From: an uncultured Thermoleophilia bacterium
GTDB lineage: Bacteria; Actinomycetota; Thermoleophilia; UBA2241
Assembly: GCA_963715985.1 (NCBI GenBank)
Contig: CAVQSP010000004.1
Span: forward strand, 69,843 to 133,842
Direction: 5' to 3'
Length of the DNA stretch: 64,000 nucleotides
The notes below the pieces were generated by a model. That model saw only the letters and a program-made list of their open reading frames with translations. It made no database searches and was not told the origin of the DNA. The translations under genes and the position numbers were made by a program. Each line of letters opens with the position of its first letter. Within the stretch, counting starts at the first letter, position 1. Positions 52,303 through 62,550 of this stretch are shown here, piece by piece.

Positions 52303-52806
52303 ATGGCGAACCAGCAGGTCCATCTGTGTCTGGGGCTGTACGGCGACGTGGAGTCCGCCGAGCGCGACTACGAGGCCCTCAAGATGCTGCATTCGTCCGG
52401 GCGCGTCGCGGCCTACGATGCGGCCGTCGTCTTCAAGGACCACGACGGCAAGGTCGCGATCCAGGACCGCAAGAAGGACCAGGCCGTGGCCACCTGGACC
52501 GGCGTGGGCGTGGGCGCCTTCGTCGGCCTGCTCTTCCCTCCGGCGTTCCTGGCCACGACCCTGGTGGGCGGGGTGACGGGCGCTCTCGTCGGGCACGCCC
52601 GCTCCGCTCTGACCAAGGCCGAGGTGGAGGAGATAGGCGCGGCACTGCTCGACAACGAGGCCGCGCTCGTTGTGGTGGGCGACGCCGAGCTGCCGGACCG
52701 CTTCGAGCAGGTGCTGCCCAGCGCCAGGCACCGCCTCGCCAAGGAGCTGAACCTCGACCTGGAGGACTTCGCCACGGCTCTGCACGACGAGGCCGAGCAG
52801 GCCTGA
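52303..52806 (+). CDS. DUF1269-like membrane protein
   Basis: DAAVVFKD..GKV, glycine-zipper GVGVGAFVGLL...GGVTGALVG. Confidence 0.7.
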   Translation: MANQQVHLCLGLYGDVESAERDYEALKMLHSSGRVAAYDAAVVFKDHDGKVAIQDRKKDQAVATWTGVGVGAFVGLLFPPAFLATTLVGGVTGALVGHARSALTKAEVEEIGAALLDNEAALVVVGDAELPDRFEQVLPSARHRLAKELNLDLEDFATALHDEAEQA

Positions 52807-52845
52807 CCACCCCGATCCAGTCGACTCCCGTAGGAGGTCATCGCA

Positions 52846-54234
52846 ATGGCGCTCCAGCATCCGCGCAACCCTGCGGCCCCTCGCCCTCTGCCCGCGCTCG
52901 ACGCGGTCTTCACCGGCGAGATGGGGCGTGCCCCCAGTCACGAACTTCCCGCCGAGGAGATGAACCCGGCGGTCGCGTACCAGATGGTGCACGACGAGCT
53001 GATGCTGGACGGCAACGCGCGCCTCAACCTCGCCACGTTCGTGAGCACGTACATGGACCCGTTCGCCGACAGACTCATGTCCGAGACCTTCGACAAGAAC
53101 ATGATCGACAAGGACGAGTACCCGCAGACGGCGGCCATGGAGATGCGCTGCGTCAACATGCTCAGCGCGCTCTATCACGCGCCGCACCCGCACCGGGCGG
53201 TGGGCTGCTCGACCACCGGCTCGAGTGAGGCGGCCATGCTTGGCGGACTCGCCCTCAAGCGCCGCTGGCAGAAGCGGCGCAAGGCCGAGGGCAAGCCGGC
53301 CGACAAGCCCAACCTGGTCACCGGCATCAACGTCCAGGTGTGCTGGGACAAGTTCGCCAACTACTGGGACGTGGAGATGCGCCTCGTGCCGATGGAGGGC
53401 GAGCGCTATCACCTCTCCCCGGAAGAGGCGGTCAAGCTCTGCGACGAGAACACCATCGGCGTCGTGGTGGTGATGGGGTCGACCTTCGACGGCAGCTATG
53501 AGGACGTGAAGAAGACGGCGGAGCTGCTCGACGACCTCCAGCAGCGCACGGGCCTGGACATCCCCGTCCACGTGGACGCCGCCTCCGGCGGCTTCATCGC
53601 ACCGTTCCTCGATCCCGACCTGGAGTGGGACTTCCGCCTGCCGCGGGTGCAGTCCATCAACACGTCGGGCCACAAGTACGGGCTCGTCTACCCGGGCGTC
53701 GGCTGGGCCATCTGGCGTGACGCCGACGCCCTGCCCGAGGACCTCATCTTCTGGGTCAACTACCTGGGCGACGAGATGCCCACGTTCGCGCTCAACTTCT
53801 CCCGTCCCGGCTCGCAGGTGGTGGCGCAGTACTACAACTTCCTGCACCTGGGCGTTGCCGGCTACAAGCGCATACAAGGGTACGCGCGTGAGGTGGCCAC
53901 GTACCTCTCTTCGGCCATCGAGCAGATACCGCACTTCGAGCTGATCACGCGCGGTGACGAGTTGCCGGTCTTCGCCTTCAAGCTGAGGGACGACATCAGG
54001 AACTTCACCGTGTTCGACGTCTCGGCGGCGCTGCGCGAGCGCGGCTGGCAGGTGCCGGCGTACACGTTCCCCAAGGACCGCGAGGATCTCGCGGCGTTGC
54101 GCATCGTGGTGCGCCGCGGCATCACCCACGACATGGCGGACATGCTGCTTGGTGACCTGATGAAGAAGGTCGCGCAGCTGGAGAAGCTGGCGGCGCCCAT
54201 CTACGGCACGGACCGCGGCAGCTTCCACCACTGA
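52846..54234 (+). CDS. gadB: Glutamate decarboxylase
   Basis: LDGNARLNLATF, KNMIDKDEYPQT, GSSEA, HVDAASGGF, SINTSGHKYG, LNFSRPG. Confidence 0.95.
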   Translation: MALQHPRNPAAPRPLPALDAVFTGEMGRAPSHELPAEEMNPAVAYQMVHDELMLDGNARLNLATFVSTYMDPFADRLMSETFDKNMIDKDEYPQTAAMEMRCVNMLSALYHAPHPHRAVGCSTTGSSEAAMLGGLALKRRWQKRRKAEGKPADKPNLVTGINVQVCWDKFANYWDVEMRLVPMEGERYHLSPEEAVKLCDENTIGVVVVMGSTFDGSYEDVKKTAELLDDLQQRTGLDIPVHVDAASGGFIAPFLDPDLEWDFRLPRVQSINTSGHKYGLVYPGVGWAIWRDADALPEDLIFWVNYLGDEMPTFALNFSRPGSQVVAQYYNFLHLGVAGYKRIQGYAREVATYLSSAIEQIPHFELITRGDELPVFAFKLRDDIRNFTVFDVSAALRERGWQVPAYTFPKDREDLAALRIVVRRGITHDMADMLLGDLMKKVAQLEKLAAPIYGTDRGSFHH

Positions 54235-54281
54235 TATCATGCCCGCTGCGCCCGGAACGTTCTGAGAGGAGTACCCCGCCC

Positions 54282-54644
54282 ATGTGGAGCATCATGGCCT
54301 ACATCGTCCTCGGCATGCTCGCCGGCTGGCTGGCCAGCCTGATCGTGCGGCGTGAGATGCATCCGTCCGACTGGGGCACGTTGTTCCTCGTCGGCGTGGC
54401 GGGCTCGCTCGTCGGGGGCATCGTCGTGAACCTGCTCATCGGGCAGGGCCTCAAGCTGCACCCCGGCGGGCTCATCTCGTCGGTGGTGTTCGCGAGCCTC
54501 TTCCTGTGGATCCTGACCGCCGTGCGGAAGCGCCGGTCGGCGCCGCAGCCGGCGCATGCCGGCGCCGCAACTCCGGCGCCCATCGTCAGCCCAAAGGCGG
54601 CGCGAAGCATCACAAACGGTAGGCCGGCACGGGCTCGGCGCTGA
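54282..54644 (+). CDS. GlsB/YeaQ/YmgE (transglycosylase-associated) stress membrane protein
   Basis: IVLGMLAGWLASLI, GVAGSLVGG pattern. Confidence 0.75.
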   Translation: MWSIMAYIVLGMLAGWLASLIVRREMHPSDWGTLFLVGVAGSLVGGIVVNLLIGQGLKLHPGGLISSVVFASLFLWILTAVRKRRSAPQPAHAGAATPAPIVSPKAARSITNGRPARARR

Positions 54645-54655
54645 CTGGGAGGCGC

Positions 54656-55051
54656 GTGGTGAGCTTCAAAGAGATCATGGACCTCGTCTCGCGCTGCTTC
54701 GAGGTGGCCGGCATCGCCGTGCTCGGTGTGGGCTTCATCAGCGGCTTCATCGTGGCTGCGCGGAACCTGCTGCGCGGTGAGCGCGGCGTCTACAACATGA
54801 TCCGCTCCTACTTCGGGCGCAGCATCCTCCTCGGCCTCGAGATCCTCGTGGCTGCAGACCTCATCCGCACGGTGGCCGTGGACACGACCCTGGAGAACGT
54901 GCTCGTGCTCGGCCTCATCGTGCTCATCCGCACGTTCCTCAGCTTCTCGCTGGAGATCGAGATCGAAGGGATCAGCCCGTGGCGCCGCTGGCAGCTGTTG
55001 CTGCCCGGCGGCTCGTTGATGAACACGAAGAACGACGCCGGCCCTGCCTGA
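54656..55051 (+). CDS. DUF1622 membrane protein
   Basis: GRSILLGLEILVAADLIRTV, LGLIVLIRTFLSFSLEIEI. Confidence 0.85.
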   Translation: MVSFKEIMDLVSRCFEVAGIAVLGVGFISGFIVAARNLLRGERGVYNMIRSYFGRSILLGLEILVAADLIRTVAVDTTLENVLVLGLIVLIRTFLSFSLEIEIEGISPWRRWQLLLPGGSLMNTKNDAGPA

Positions 55052-55070
55052 GGGCCGTCTGGAGGTGTCC

Positions 55071-55673
55071 ATGAAGCTGACAACGCGTGGAGCTCGCCGC
55101 CGAGGCGCGGCCGCTCTGACCCTGGCGGCGCTGGCGGCCGTCGTCCTGCTGGCCGCGGCCGCGGGATGTGGCACAGGGAGTCCGGCGGAGTCGCCGACCC
55201 CGTCCCCCAGCGTGACACCCGTCGTCGTGCCGTCGGTGTCCACGGCCGACATCGTCGAGGCCGCCAAGGCCGGCGACCTGAACGGCTTCGTCACCGCCGT
55301 CGCCGCCGCGGGTCTGGATTCCGCCCTCAAGCAGAACATCCCGTACACGCTGCTGGCGCCCAACGACGCGGCATTCGAGAAGGTCGGCCTTGACGACCTG
55401 CTCAAGAACATCACGAACCTCAAGGCCGTCGTCGACTACCACGTGATCCCCACGGAGAAGATCACGCTCAAGGACCTCGACAAGGGGCACTATCAGGCGA
55501 TGACCAACTCGGGGTTCCGCGTCATCTTCACCGAGAAGGATGGGGCGGTGATGGTCAACGACGCCAACGTCGTGAAGATCATCGAAGGGCCGACCTGGGC
55601 CATCTGGGTGATCGACAAGGTCCTCGCGCCGCCAGAGATGGCGACACCGGGGGCCAACCCCAGTAACCTCTAG
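55071..55673 (+). CDS. Fasciclin (FAS1) domain lipoprotein
   Basis: Lipobox AAGC, TLLAPNDAAF, YHVI, VIDKVL. Confidence 0.85.
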   Translation: MKLTTRGARRRGAAALTLAALAAVVLLAAAAGCGTGSPAESPTPSPSVTPVVVPSVSTADIVEAAKAGDLNGFVTAVAAAGLDSALKQNIPYTLLAPNDAAFEKVGLDDLLKNITNLKAVVDYHVIPTEKITLKDLDKGHYQAMTNSGFRVIFTEKDGAVMVNDANVVKIIEGPTWAIWVIDKVLAPPEMATPGANPSNL

Positions 55674-55715
55674 CGAGGGCGGCACCGCGGGGAGACACCC
55701 GGCGCGGCCCGCGCC

Positions 55716-55970
55716 TCAGGCGGCCCGCCCGGCGGACTTCTCCGCCGCTTCGTCCTCGGCTACGTACCTCGCCTCGATCTCCCGCTCGCGCTCGCGCCTG
55801 GGGAAGGCGACGAAGACCAGCACGAGGCCTGCGACGACCACGCCGACGGCCACGGCGATGGCCAGGTGCGAGCCCTGCGCCTCCATCTTCTGCTGGGGTA
55901 CCCGCGTGAAGGCCTTGGCGAACGAGGCTGAGTAGCGCGTGGTGTGCAGGGCGCCGAGCAGGCTCTGCAT
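55716..55970 (-). CDS. Small hypothetical membrane protein
   Basis: MQSLLGALH... with one hydrophobic helix and a charged tail. Confidence 0.45.
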   Translation of the reverse strand: MQSLLGALHTTRYSASFAKAFTRVPQQKMEAQGSHLAIAVAVGVVVAGLVLVFVAFPRREREREIEARYVAEDEAAEKSAGRAA

Positions 55971-56096
55971 GATGGCGCCCCCCTGGTCGCGCCGCAAGTC
56001 GGTGGTCGCGGAGCCCATGCCGGCCCGCCGCACCGGCGTGGAGCTCATGATGCCGGCCGGCGAAGGGGACGGAGCGACGGCCAAGCGGAGCACTCG

Positions 56097-56867
56097 ATGA
56101 CGGAAGAAGACAGCCCGGGCGTGGAGCGGCGCTTCGCCGACGCCGACGCGCGGGCGCGCGCGGACTGGGCCGCCGCGGACGCGACGGCCTGCGCCGCGCG
56201 CGCCGGCTGCCAGCTCGCGCCGGCCGGCGTGCTGGTGCCCCTTCTGGGGGCGTCGCACCTGGTGACGCACCCGGAGGGCGATGTGACGGCGTCAGGGCGG
56301 CCGGCGCATGTGGCCGCTGCCATCCTGCTGCGGCACTACCTGCTCACGGCCGGCGGCGCTCCGCCGGCCGGCCGCTGGGCCGCCTACCGTGAGCTCCCGG
56401 GCGGCCTGTTCTACGCGGCGTCGTTCGCGGCCCGGGCGGAGGCTCCGCTGGCCCGGGCCTTCGCCTCACGGCCGCCCGGCTCCGCGCCGCCCGGCTCCGC
56501 GGCGCCCGTCTCCGCAGCGCCCGGCCCCGCGGCGGATGCACCCGTCTCCGTGCCGGAGGCGCCGGCCGCGCCGGACTCCGCCACGCCCGTGCCCGCTCCC
56601 GCCCCCGGCCTCGAGGCCTTCCGCCTCGCCGCCGCGAGCCTCGGCGGAGAGGCCCTGGACCTGGCCGACGCGGCGTTCTCGTTCCGGGCGCTGCCGCGGG
56701 TGCCGGTCGCCGTCCTCATCTGGCTCGGCGACGAGGAGATGCCCGGCGAGGCGCACGTGCTCTTCGACGCGGGAGCGCACGGGTACCTGCCGTCTGAGGA
56801 TCTCGCCGGACTCGGCGGGCTGCTGGCCGGCCGCCTCGTGGCGGCGGCCTCGGGGCCGCGTCCGTGA
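56097..56867 (+). CDS. DUF3786 domain protein with a Pro/Ala-rich insertion
   Basis: ILLRHYL, W..YRELPGGLFY, ALPRVP..LIW.GDEE.P....LFD, LPSED. Confidence 0.75.
   Translation: MTEEDSPGVERRFADADARARADWAAADATACAARAGCQLAPAGVLVPLLGASHLVTHPEGDVTASGRPAHVAAAILLRHYLLTAGGAPPAGRWAAYRELPGGLFYAASFAARAEAPLARAFASRPPGSAPPGSAAPVSAAPGPAADAPVSVPEAPAAPDSATPVPAPAPGLEAFRLAAASLGGEALDLADAAFSFRALPRVPVAVLIWLGDEEMPGEAHVLFDAGAHGYLPSEDLAGLGGLLAGRLVAAASGPRP
56472..56531 (+). repeat. Four 15-bp tandem units inside the DUF3786 gene
   Basis: CCGCCCGGCTCCGCG x2, GCGCCCGTCTCCGCA, GCGCCCGGCCCCGCG. Confidence 0.6.
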
Positions 56868-56960
56868 CGCCCCGCCCTGCGCCCTGAACGGTCAGCCCTG
56901 CGGCCGGGTGGGAACATCCCCCACGAGACGATGATGACCTGACTGGGTCTGGAGGACGAC

Positions 56961-57303
56961 ATGTACGTGCGGATCTCCCGCTTCGAGGGCGGGGACATGG
57001 ATGAGATCGAGGCCGAGGCGGCCTTGATGCGCGACGGGCTCGCGGCGTACCGCCGCGGTGAGACGTCGCGCGAGTTGCCGGCGCGGCTGGCCGAAGTCAC
57101 GCGCCGGGTGGAGTTGCTGGTCGACCGCCAGAAAAGCGAGGTCGTCGTGAGCGTGTACTGCGCCTCACGCGAGTGACGTGCACGAGGCCGACGCGATCCT
57201 CTCCGGGATGTCGCCGAGGAACAAGGGCTGGGGACGGCGCGTTGCCGTCGACATCTACGAGGTGGCGCTGGACGAGTCCACCGGGGACGGAGGCTCGGCC
57301 TAG
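56961..57303 (+). CDS. Hypothetical protein (frameshift near 57172)
   Basis: RBS GGAGG, MYVRISRFEG...; continues EADAILSGMSP...VDIYEVALD in another frame. Confidence 0.5.
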
Positions 57304-58223
57304 CGCGGGCGCGCCGCCGCGGCGAGTCGCCGCCCCGCCACCAGCCCGCGCACGGTGACGAGCGCCAGCGCCCCGACGATGAGGACCATGCCGGCGGCCT
57401 CTCCTGCGGTGGGCCGCTCCCCGAGCTGCAGCCACGCCGCCGCGACGCCGATGACCGGCGTGGCCAGCGTGCCCAGCCCGGCCGCGCCGGCGGAGAGGCT
57501 GCGCAGCCCGAACAGCCACAGCAGCCAGGCGACGGCGTTGCCGAGCACCACGTTATAGGCCAGCGTGAGCACGAGGACGCCGGTCCAGTCGGGGCCGCCG
57601 TTCCACGTCAGCAGTGCGATGGCCACCAGCGGCAGCGAGCCGAAGAACATCTGCCACGTGGTGAGGGAGAGCAGGTCCACGTCGCGGCGCCGCTGCAGCT
57701 GCTTGACGACGATGGCGCTGGCCGCCCAGCAGATGGCGCCGCACATCGCCAGCACGCTGCTCAGCGTGCCCTGCAGCTGCCACGGGCTCAGCACCAGGAT
57801 GAGACCGGCGAGCGCCATGGCCACGGCCAGCCACTGCAGGCCGCGCACGCGCTCGCCGAGGAAGAGGCGCGCCAGCAGCAGCAGCCAGAACGGCATGGTG
57901 TAGGTGATCACCGAGGTCTTGCCGGCCCCGCCGGTCTGCAGGGCCAGCGTCAGCAGGCCGACGAACCCGGTGGTCTGCAGCAAACCGATGCAGATGGTCC
58001 AGCCCAGGGCCACGGGGCGCAGCGGCCGCCGCAGCAGCGCGAGCAGTACGAGCAGGCCCAGAGCTGCGAGGAAGGTGCGGATGGCGGCGAAGGTGAGGGG
58101 CTGCGCGTATTCCAGCCCGATCTTCATCACGACCCAGTTGTAGCCCCAGATCAGGGCGAGCAGGATGAGCGCGGCGAAGCCGAGGTCGCGGCCGCGGGAG
58201 GAGGGGCGGGAGTCGCCCTTCAA
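57300..58223 (-). CDS. EamA/DMT-family transporter
   Basis: LIWGYNWVVMK, GLLQTTGF, TYTMPFW, LGER; TTG start overlapping upstream stop. Confidence 0.88.
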   Translation of the reverse strand: MKGDSRPSSRGRDLGFAALILLALIWGYNWVVMKIGLEYAQPLTFAAIRTFLAALGLLVLLALLRRPLRPVALGWTICIGLLQTTGFVGLLTLALQTGGAGKTSVITYTMPFWLLLLARLFLGERVRGLQWLAVAMALAGLILVLSPWQLQGTLSSVLAMCGAICWAASAIVVKQLQRRRDVDLLSLTTWQMFFGSLPLVAIALLTWNGGPDWTGVLVLTLAYNVVLGNAVAWLLWLFGLRSLSAGAAGLGTLATPVIGVAAAWLQLGERPTAGEAAGMVLIVGALALVTVRGLVAGRRLAAAARPR

Positions 58224-59215
58224 TCCGTGACCGGCCGCATGGCCGGCTCCTCGAGGGGCGGGCCGCCCTGCCGGCGCCCCGTCACCAGCCCGTAGCCGGC
58301 GAGCACGGCGAGGGCTCCCACGATGAGCAGCATGCCGATGCCCTCCGTCGGCGTGGGTCGCTCGCCGAGCTGGATCCAGGAGGCGATCACGCCCACCACG
58401 GGGATCGAGAGCGTGCCCAGCCCGGCCGCGCCGGCCGGCAGCGAGTGCAGCGCGTACAGCCACAGGAACCAGGCCACCGCGTTGGCGAGCACCACCGTGT
58501 ACACGAGGCCGAAGACGAACCCCGCGGTCCACTGGATCGGGCCGGCGCCGAGGATGAGCGCGAGGATCACCAGCGGCACGCTGCCGAAGACCATCTGCCA
58601 GGTGGTGAGGGAGAGCACGTCCACCGTGTGCTTGCGCTGCAGGAGCTTGACCACGAGGGCGGAGGCCGCCCAGGAGAAGCCGCCCACGACCGTGAGCACG
58701 CCGGCGAGCGCATCGGTGAAGTGCCAGGGGCTCACGACCAGCACGAGCCCAGCGAACGCCAGGCCCACGGCGAGCCACTGCAGCCCGCGCAGCCGCTCGC
58801 CGAGAAAGAGCCACGCCAGCAGCAGCAGCCAGAACGGCATGGTGTACGTCAGCACCGAGACCTTGCCGGCGCCGGCGCTGTGCAGCGCCGTGATCACGAG
58901 GCCGACGAAGAACGTGGTCTGCAGGAGGCCGATGACGATGGTGTACCCGAGCGGCGGCGGGCGCAGGGAGCGCCGCAGCACGATCATCACGAGGAAGAGG
59001 CAGGCGGCGCTGAGCGGCACGCGCAGCGCCGCGAACGTGATGGCCTCCGAGTAACCCAGGGCGATCTTCGTCGCCACCCAGCCATAGCCCCACACCGGTC
59101 CGAGGATGACGAGGGCGAGGATGCCGAGGTCGCGCGTGCGGCGCGCCTCCTGCGCCGGCGCGGCCGCCTGCGCCGGGTCCGGCGTCTGTGAGGGTGGGTG
59201 CGTGGAGTCGGTCAT
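58220..59215 (-). CDS. EamA/DMT-family transporter (tandem paralog)
   Basis: VWGYGWVATK, GLLQTTFF, TYTMPFW, LGER. Confidence 0.88.
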   Translation of the reverse strand: MTDSTHPPSQTPDPAQAAAPAQEARRTRDLGILALVILGPVWGYGWVATKIALGYSEAITFAALRVPLSAACLFLVMIVLRRSLRPPPLGYTIVIGLLQTTFFVGLVITALHSAGAGKVSVLTYTMPFWLLLLAWLFLGERLRGLQWLAVGLAFAGLVLVVSPWHFTDALAGVLTVVGGFSWAASALVVKLLQRKHTVDVLSLTTWQMVFGSVPLVILALILGAGPIQWTAGFVFGLVYTVVLANAVAWFLWLYALHSLPAGAAGLGTLSIPVVGVIASWIQLGERPTPTEGIGMLLIVGALAVLAGYGLVTGRRQGGPPLEEPAMRPVTD

Positions 59216-59282
59216 GCCGGTCCCATACTAGCGAACGGACCCGTGCGGCTCGTGCCGCGTGCGATGCAGAGGGCGGCCGCGT

Positions 59283-59642
59283 TCAGCGCCCGAGTCCGTC
59301 GGCACGCCGCAGCTCAGCCGCGACTTCGCGGGCGAACGGCGGGAGTTCGTTGCGGGCGATGTCCCATACCGTGGCCGGGGACATGGCGTCGTACTCGTGC
59401 GCGATGACGTTGCGGAAGTCGATGGCACCGCGTGACGCGGTCAGCCGCGCCTCGAGCTCAGGCTCGAGCCGAAGGGCGCGAGCCAGCGCTTCGCCGAAGA
59501 TCTCGAACTGGCGCTCGACCGCCGAGCGAAGCATGAGGTCGGCCCGGTAGTCGGCAAGGGTGCGGCCGCTCGTGAACTCGCCGATGGCCGTTGACGCCGC
59601 CAGCATGTCCTGCAGGTAGACGCGGACGTCACGCGGCCGCAA
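59283..59642 (-). CDS. HepT-like HEPN ribonuclease (DUF86) toxin
   Basis: AVERQFEIFGEA, RX4H motif FRNVIAHEY, VWD. Confidence 0.85.
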   Translation of the reverse strand: MRPRDVRVYLQDMLAASTAIGEFTSGRTLADYRADLMLRSAVERQFEIFGEALARALRLEPELEARLTASRGAIDFRNVIAHEYDAMSPATVWDIARNELPPFAREVAAELRRADGLGR

Positions 59643-60264
59643 CGAGGATCACTCCAGTGCGCTCTATCTCGTCGCGGAGGTAGGGATTGTCGATGGCCTC
59701 CTCCTCGACGAGGTCGACCGGCAGCCCGGTCACGCACTCCAGCTCGCGCCGTAGAGCGAAGAAGCGAGAGGCGCGCCCTTCGGCGGGGCCGACGAGGCGC
59801 ACCACGAGGTCGAGGTCGCGCGGAGGCTCGTCTGCGTCCGGCTGGGTCGCCGATCCGAAGAGAACGGCGCGCTCGACGTGGCCGTTGCCGAGCGTCGCGA
59901 GCAGCGCGCCCATGCAGGGGCGCAGCGAAGGGTGAACGGCGCTCTCGATGTCCGCGTGATCCGCCGCGACTGCGGCGGAGACGCCGGCCGCCGATTCCAG
60001 CTCAACGAGAGCCCGCAGCGGCGCGAGCAGCTCGTGCGCGTCCACGACCTGGAGCAGTCGACGACCTGAGGGCGTGCGCTGCGACGTCAGGAGCCCGAGC
60101 CGTTCGAGCCGCTGCACCTCGCGTTGCACGCCCGATGCACCGCCGCCCGCCATGCGGATGACCTCGCGAAGGTGGTGTGCCTGCCGCGGCTGTGCGAGAA
60201 AGATGGTGAGTACCCTGGCGCGAGTCTCGGAGCCGAGGAGTGTCGCGAGCATTGTGAACCTCAT
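59629..60264 (-). CDS. Winged-HTH plus minimal nucleotidyltransferase (MNT) antitoxin
   Basis: N-terminal LLGSETRARVL...HLREVIR...VQREVQRLERLGLL; C-terminal LFGSA...DLDL, VDLV, NPYL; overlaps the HEPN gene. Confidence 0.8.
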   Translation of the reverse strand: MRFTMLATLLGSETRARVLTIFLAQPRQAHHLREVIRMAGGGASGVQREVQRLERLGLLTSQRTPSGRRLLQVVDAHELLAPLRALVELESAAGVSAAVAADHADIESAVHPSLRPCMGALLATLGNGHVERAVLFGSATQPDADEPPRDLDLVVRLVGPAEGRASRFFALRRELECVTGLPVDLVEEEAIDNPYLRDEIERTGVILVAAA

Positions 60265-60269
60265 ATGAG

Positions 60270-60303
60270 TACAGCCGTACCGTATTCAGGTACATATACT
60301 GTA
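60270..60303 (-). promoter_or_regulatory. Candidate TA promoter/operator
   Basis: AT-rich patch with inverted repeats GTACC-N7-GGTAC (60277-60293) and TACAG/CTGTA immediately upstream of the ATG. Confidence 0.45.
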
Positions 60304-60486
60304 GCCCCGGGCGGCTGCATGCGCAAGGCTGCGCAGTCTGCTTTCTCCGCGCCGCGCGTCTCTTGCTCACAGGTCTTCTCCCGCCGCTTCGCAGCGGCAT
60401 CGAAACCGAGCGCCGTGGGTATCATGCGCGCAACGCCGCGCCTTCCGCGGCGGTTCTGTGTCGGGTCGCGCGTACGAGGGGGATCC

Positions 60487-62516
60487 GTGAAGTCTGGAGT
60501 GGTCCGACTCACCCTGGTCTTGCTGACGCTCGCTTGCGTGCTCGTGGCGCCCCTCGGTGGCGCCGCCGAGGGCCCTTCCGCATGGCGACCCAGATCGAGG
60601 ACAAGGCGGGGGTGTTGGGCGACCGCACCGCCGAGGTGCAGGCGGCTCTCACGGACCTGCAGGATTCCGAGCAGGTCCAGCTCTGGGTCACCTACGTGGA
60701 CACGTTCTCGGGGCTGGGCGCTCAGGAGTGGGCCGATCAGACCGCGACCGTGAGCGACTTCGGTCTGCGGGACGTGCTCCTTGCCGTCGCGGTGGACGAC
60801 CGCGCCTACGCCTACTCCGTGGACCAGGACTTCCCTCTGACGCAGGCCCAGCTGGATGAAGTGATGGCCGTGGCCGTGGAGCCCGCCTTGACTGAGAACG
60901 ACTGGGCGGGCGCGGCGATCGGCGCGGCAACAGGGCTCGGTGAAGCTTTGCGCGGCGAGGCCGTCACGGAGCCTACGGTACAGCCGGGCGCGTCTTCCGG
61001 GTCGTCGAGCGGGAGGGAGTTCGCTCACCGTCGTACTGGTCGTGGTCGTGCTCATCGTGGTGGTGGCGCTGGTCGTCTGGCTGCTGGTGCGGGCCTCGCG
61101 CAGGGCGCGTGGCAAGGCGGCGGGAGCGGATGCCGCGAGCCCCGAGGACCTGCCGCTGGACGAGCTCCGACGCCGCGCCAACGCGGCGCTCATCGCGACC
61201 GACGACGCCGTCAAGACCAGCACTGAGGAGCTCGGCTTCGCGGTCGCCGGCTTCGGCGAGGAGCAGGCGGCTCCGTTCAAGAAGGCCCTGGACCAGGCTC
61301 AGCTCGAGCTGAGCCAGGCCTTCGAGCTGCGCAAGCAGTTCGATGAGGCCAAGGATGAGGCGACCAAGCGCCGGCTTCTGACCGGGATCCTCGAGCGCAC
61401 GCAGACGGCGAACGCGGCGCTGGACGCCGAGGCGGAGCGTTTCGACAAGCTGCGCGACCTGGAGCGCAACGCGCCCGAGGTGCTCGCCGGTCTCGAGCGG
61501 CAGCTCGGCGAGCTTGAAGCGCGTCGGCCCGAGGTCGGAGAAGCTGCTCGCGCAGCTGGCCGCGCAGTATGCGCCCTCCGCTCTGGCGCCGGTCTCCGGC
61601 GCGCCTGCCGAGGCCGGCTCGCGCGTCGACTTCGCGCGCGAGCACGTCAAGGCGGGGCGCGAGGACCTCGACGCCGGACGCGGCGGTGAGGCGGCCATCG
61701 AGGCCACAGCCGCCGAGTCGGCCGTGGGCCAGGCGCGACAGCTGCTCGACTCGGTCGAGCGCCTGCGCCAGGACCTCGCGAGCGCGCAGGCCAGCATCGA
61801 CGAGGCGGTCGCCGAGACGCAGCGCGACATCGCCGAGGCGCGGGCCGGCGCCGGCGCCCAGCTCGCGTCCCTCGTCGCCACCGCGGAGGCCGCGATGGCG
61901 GGCGCCGCCGAGGCGGCCGGACCCCAGGGCGGACGCGGTCCTCTGGCGGCGCTGCGCCGCATCAAGGACGCAGACGACGCGCTGGAACAGGCACTGCAGC
62001 AGGTGCGCGACGAACAGGCTCGCCGCGCGAAGGCGGCAGAGTCACTGGAGCGCACGCTGGTCGCCGCGCGCTCCGAGGTCGCCTCCGCCTCGGACTACAT
62101 CGCCACGCATCGCGGTGCCGTGAGGAGCGGACCGCGGGCGCGGCTCGCTGAAGCTCAGCGCGACCTGGACAAGGCCGTCGCGCTCGGCGCCACCGACCCC
62201 GAGGCCGCGGCGCGGCTCGCCGCCCAGGCCCAGGACCTGGCCGGCCGCGCCTTTGCCGAGGCGCGTGAACAGACCGAGACCGCCCTCGGCGGGTCTCAGA
62301 TGTCGGGCATGGGCGGCTCGGGCCCGCGGTGCTCGGCGGCAACCTCGCGGGCGCCATGATGGGCGGCGGCATGCCCGGCGGGGAGGATTCGGCGGCGGTG
62401 GACCGGGCGGCGGGATGCCCGGCGGTGGCCGCCGCGGTGGAGGCGGCGGCTTCGCCCCTCCGGGCTTTGGAGGCGGAGGTACGCGCATGCGCCGCGGAGG
62501 CGGCGGGCGCTTCTAG
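60487..62516 (+). CDS. TPM domain membrane protein with long coiled coil and Gly-rich tail (multiple frameshifts)
   Basis: DKAGVL, QLWVTYVDTF, LLAVAVDDR, DWAGA; TM helix; ALIATDDAVKTS.EELGFA; ends PPGFGGGGTRMRRGGGGRF. Confidence 0.78.
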
Positions 62517-62550
62517 TCAGACACGATCACGCTCACAGGGAGGCTCACCC

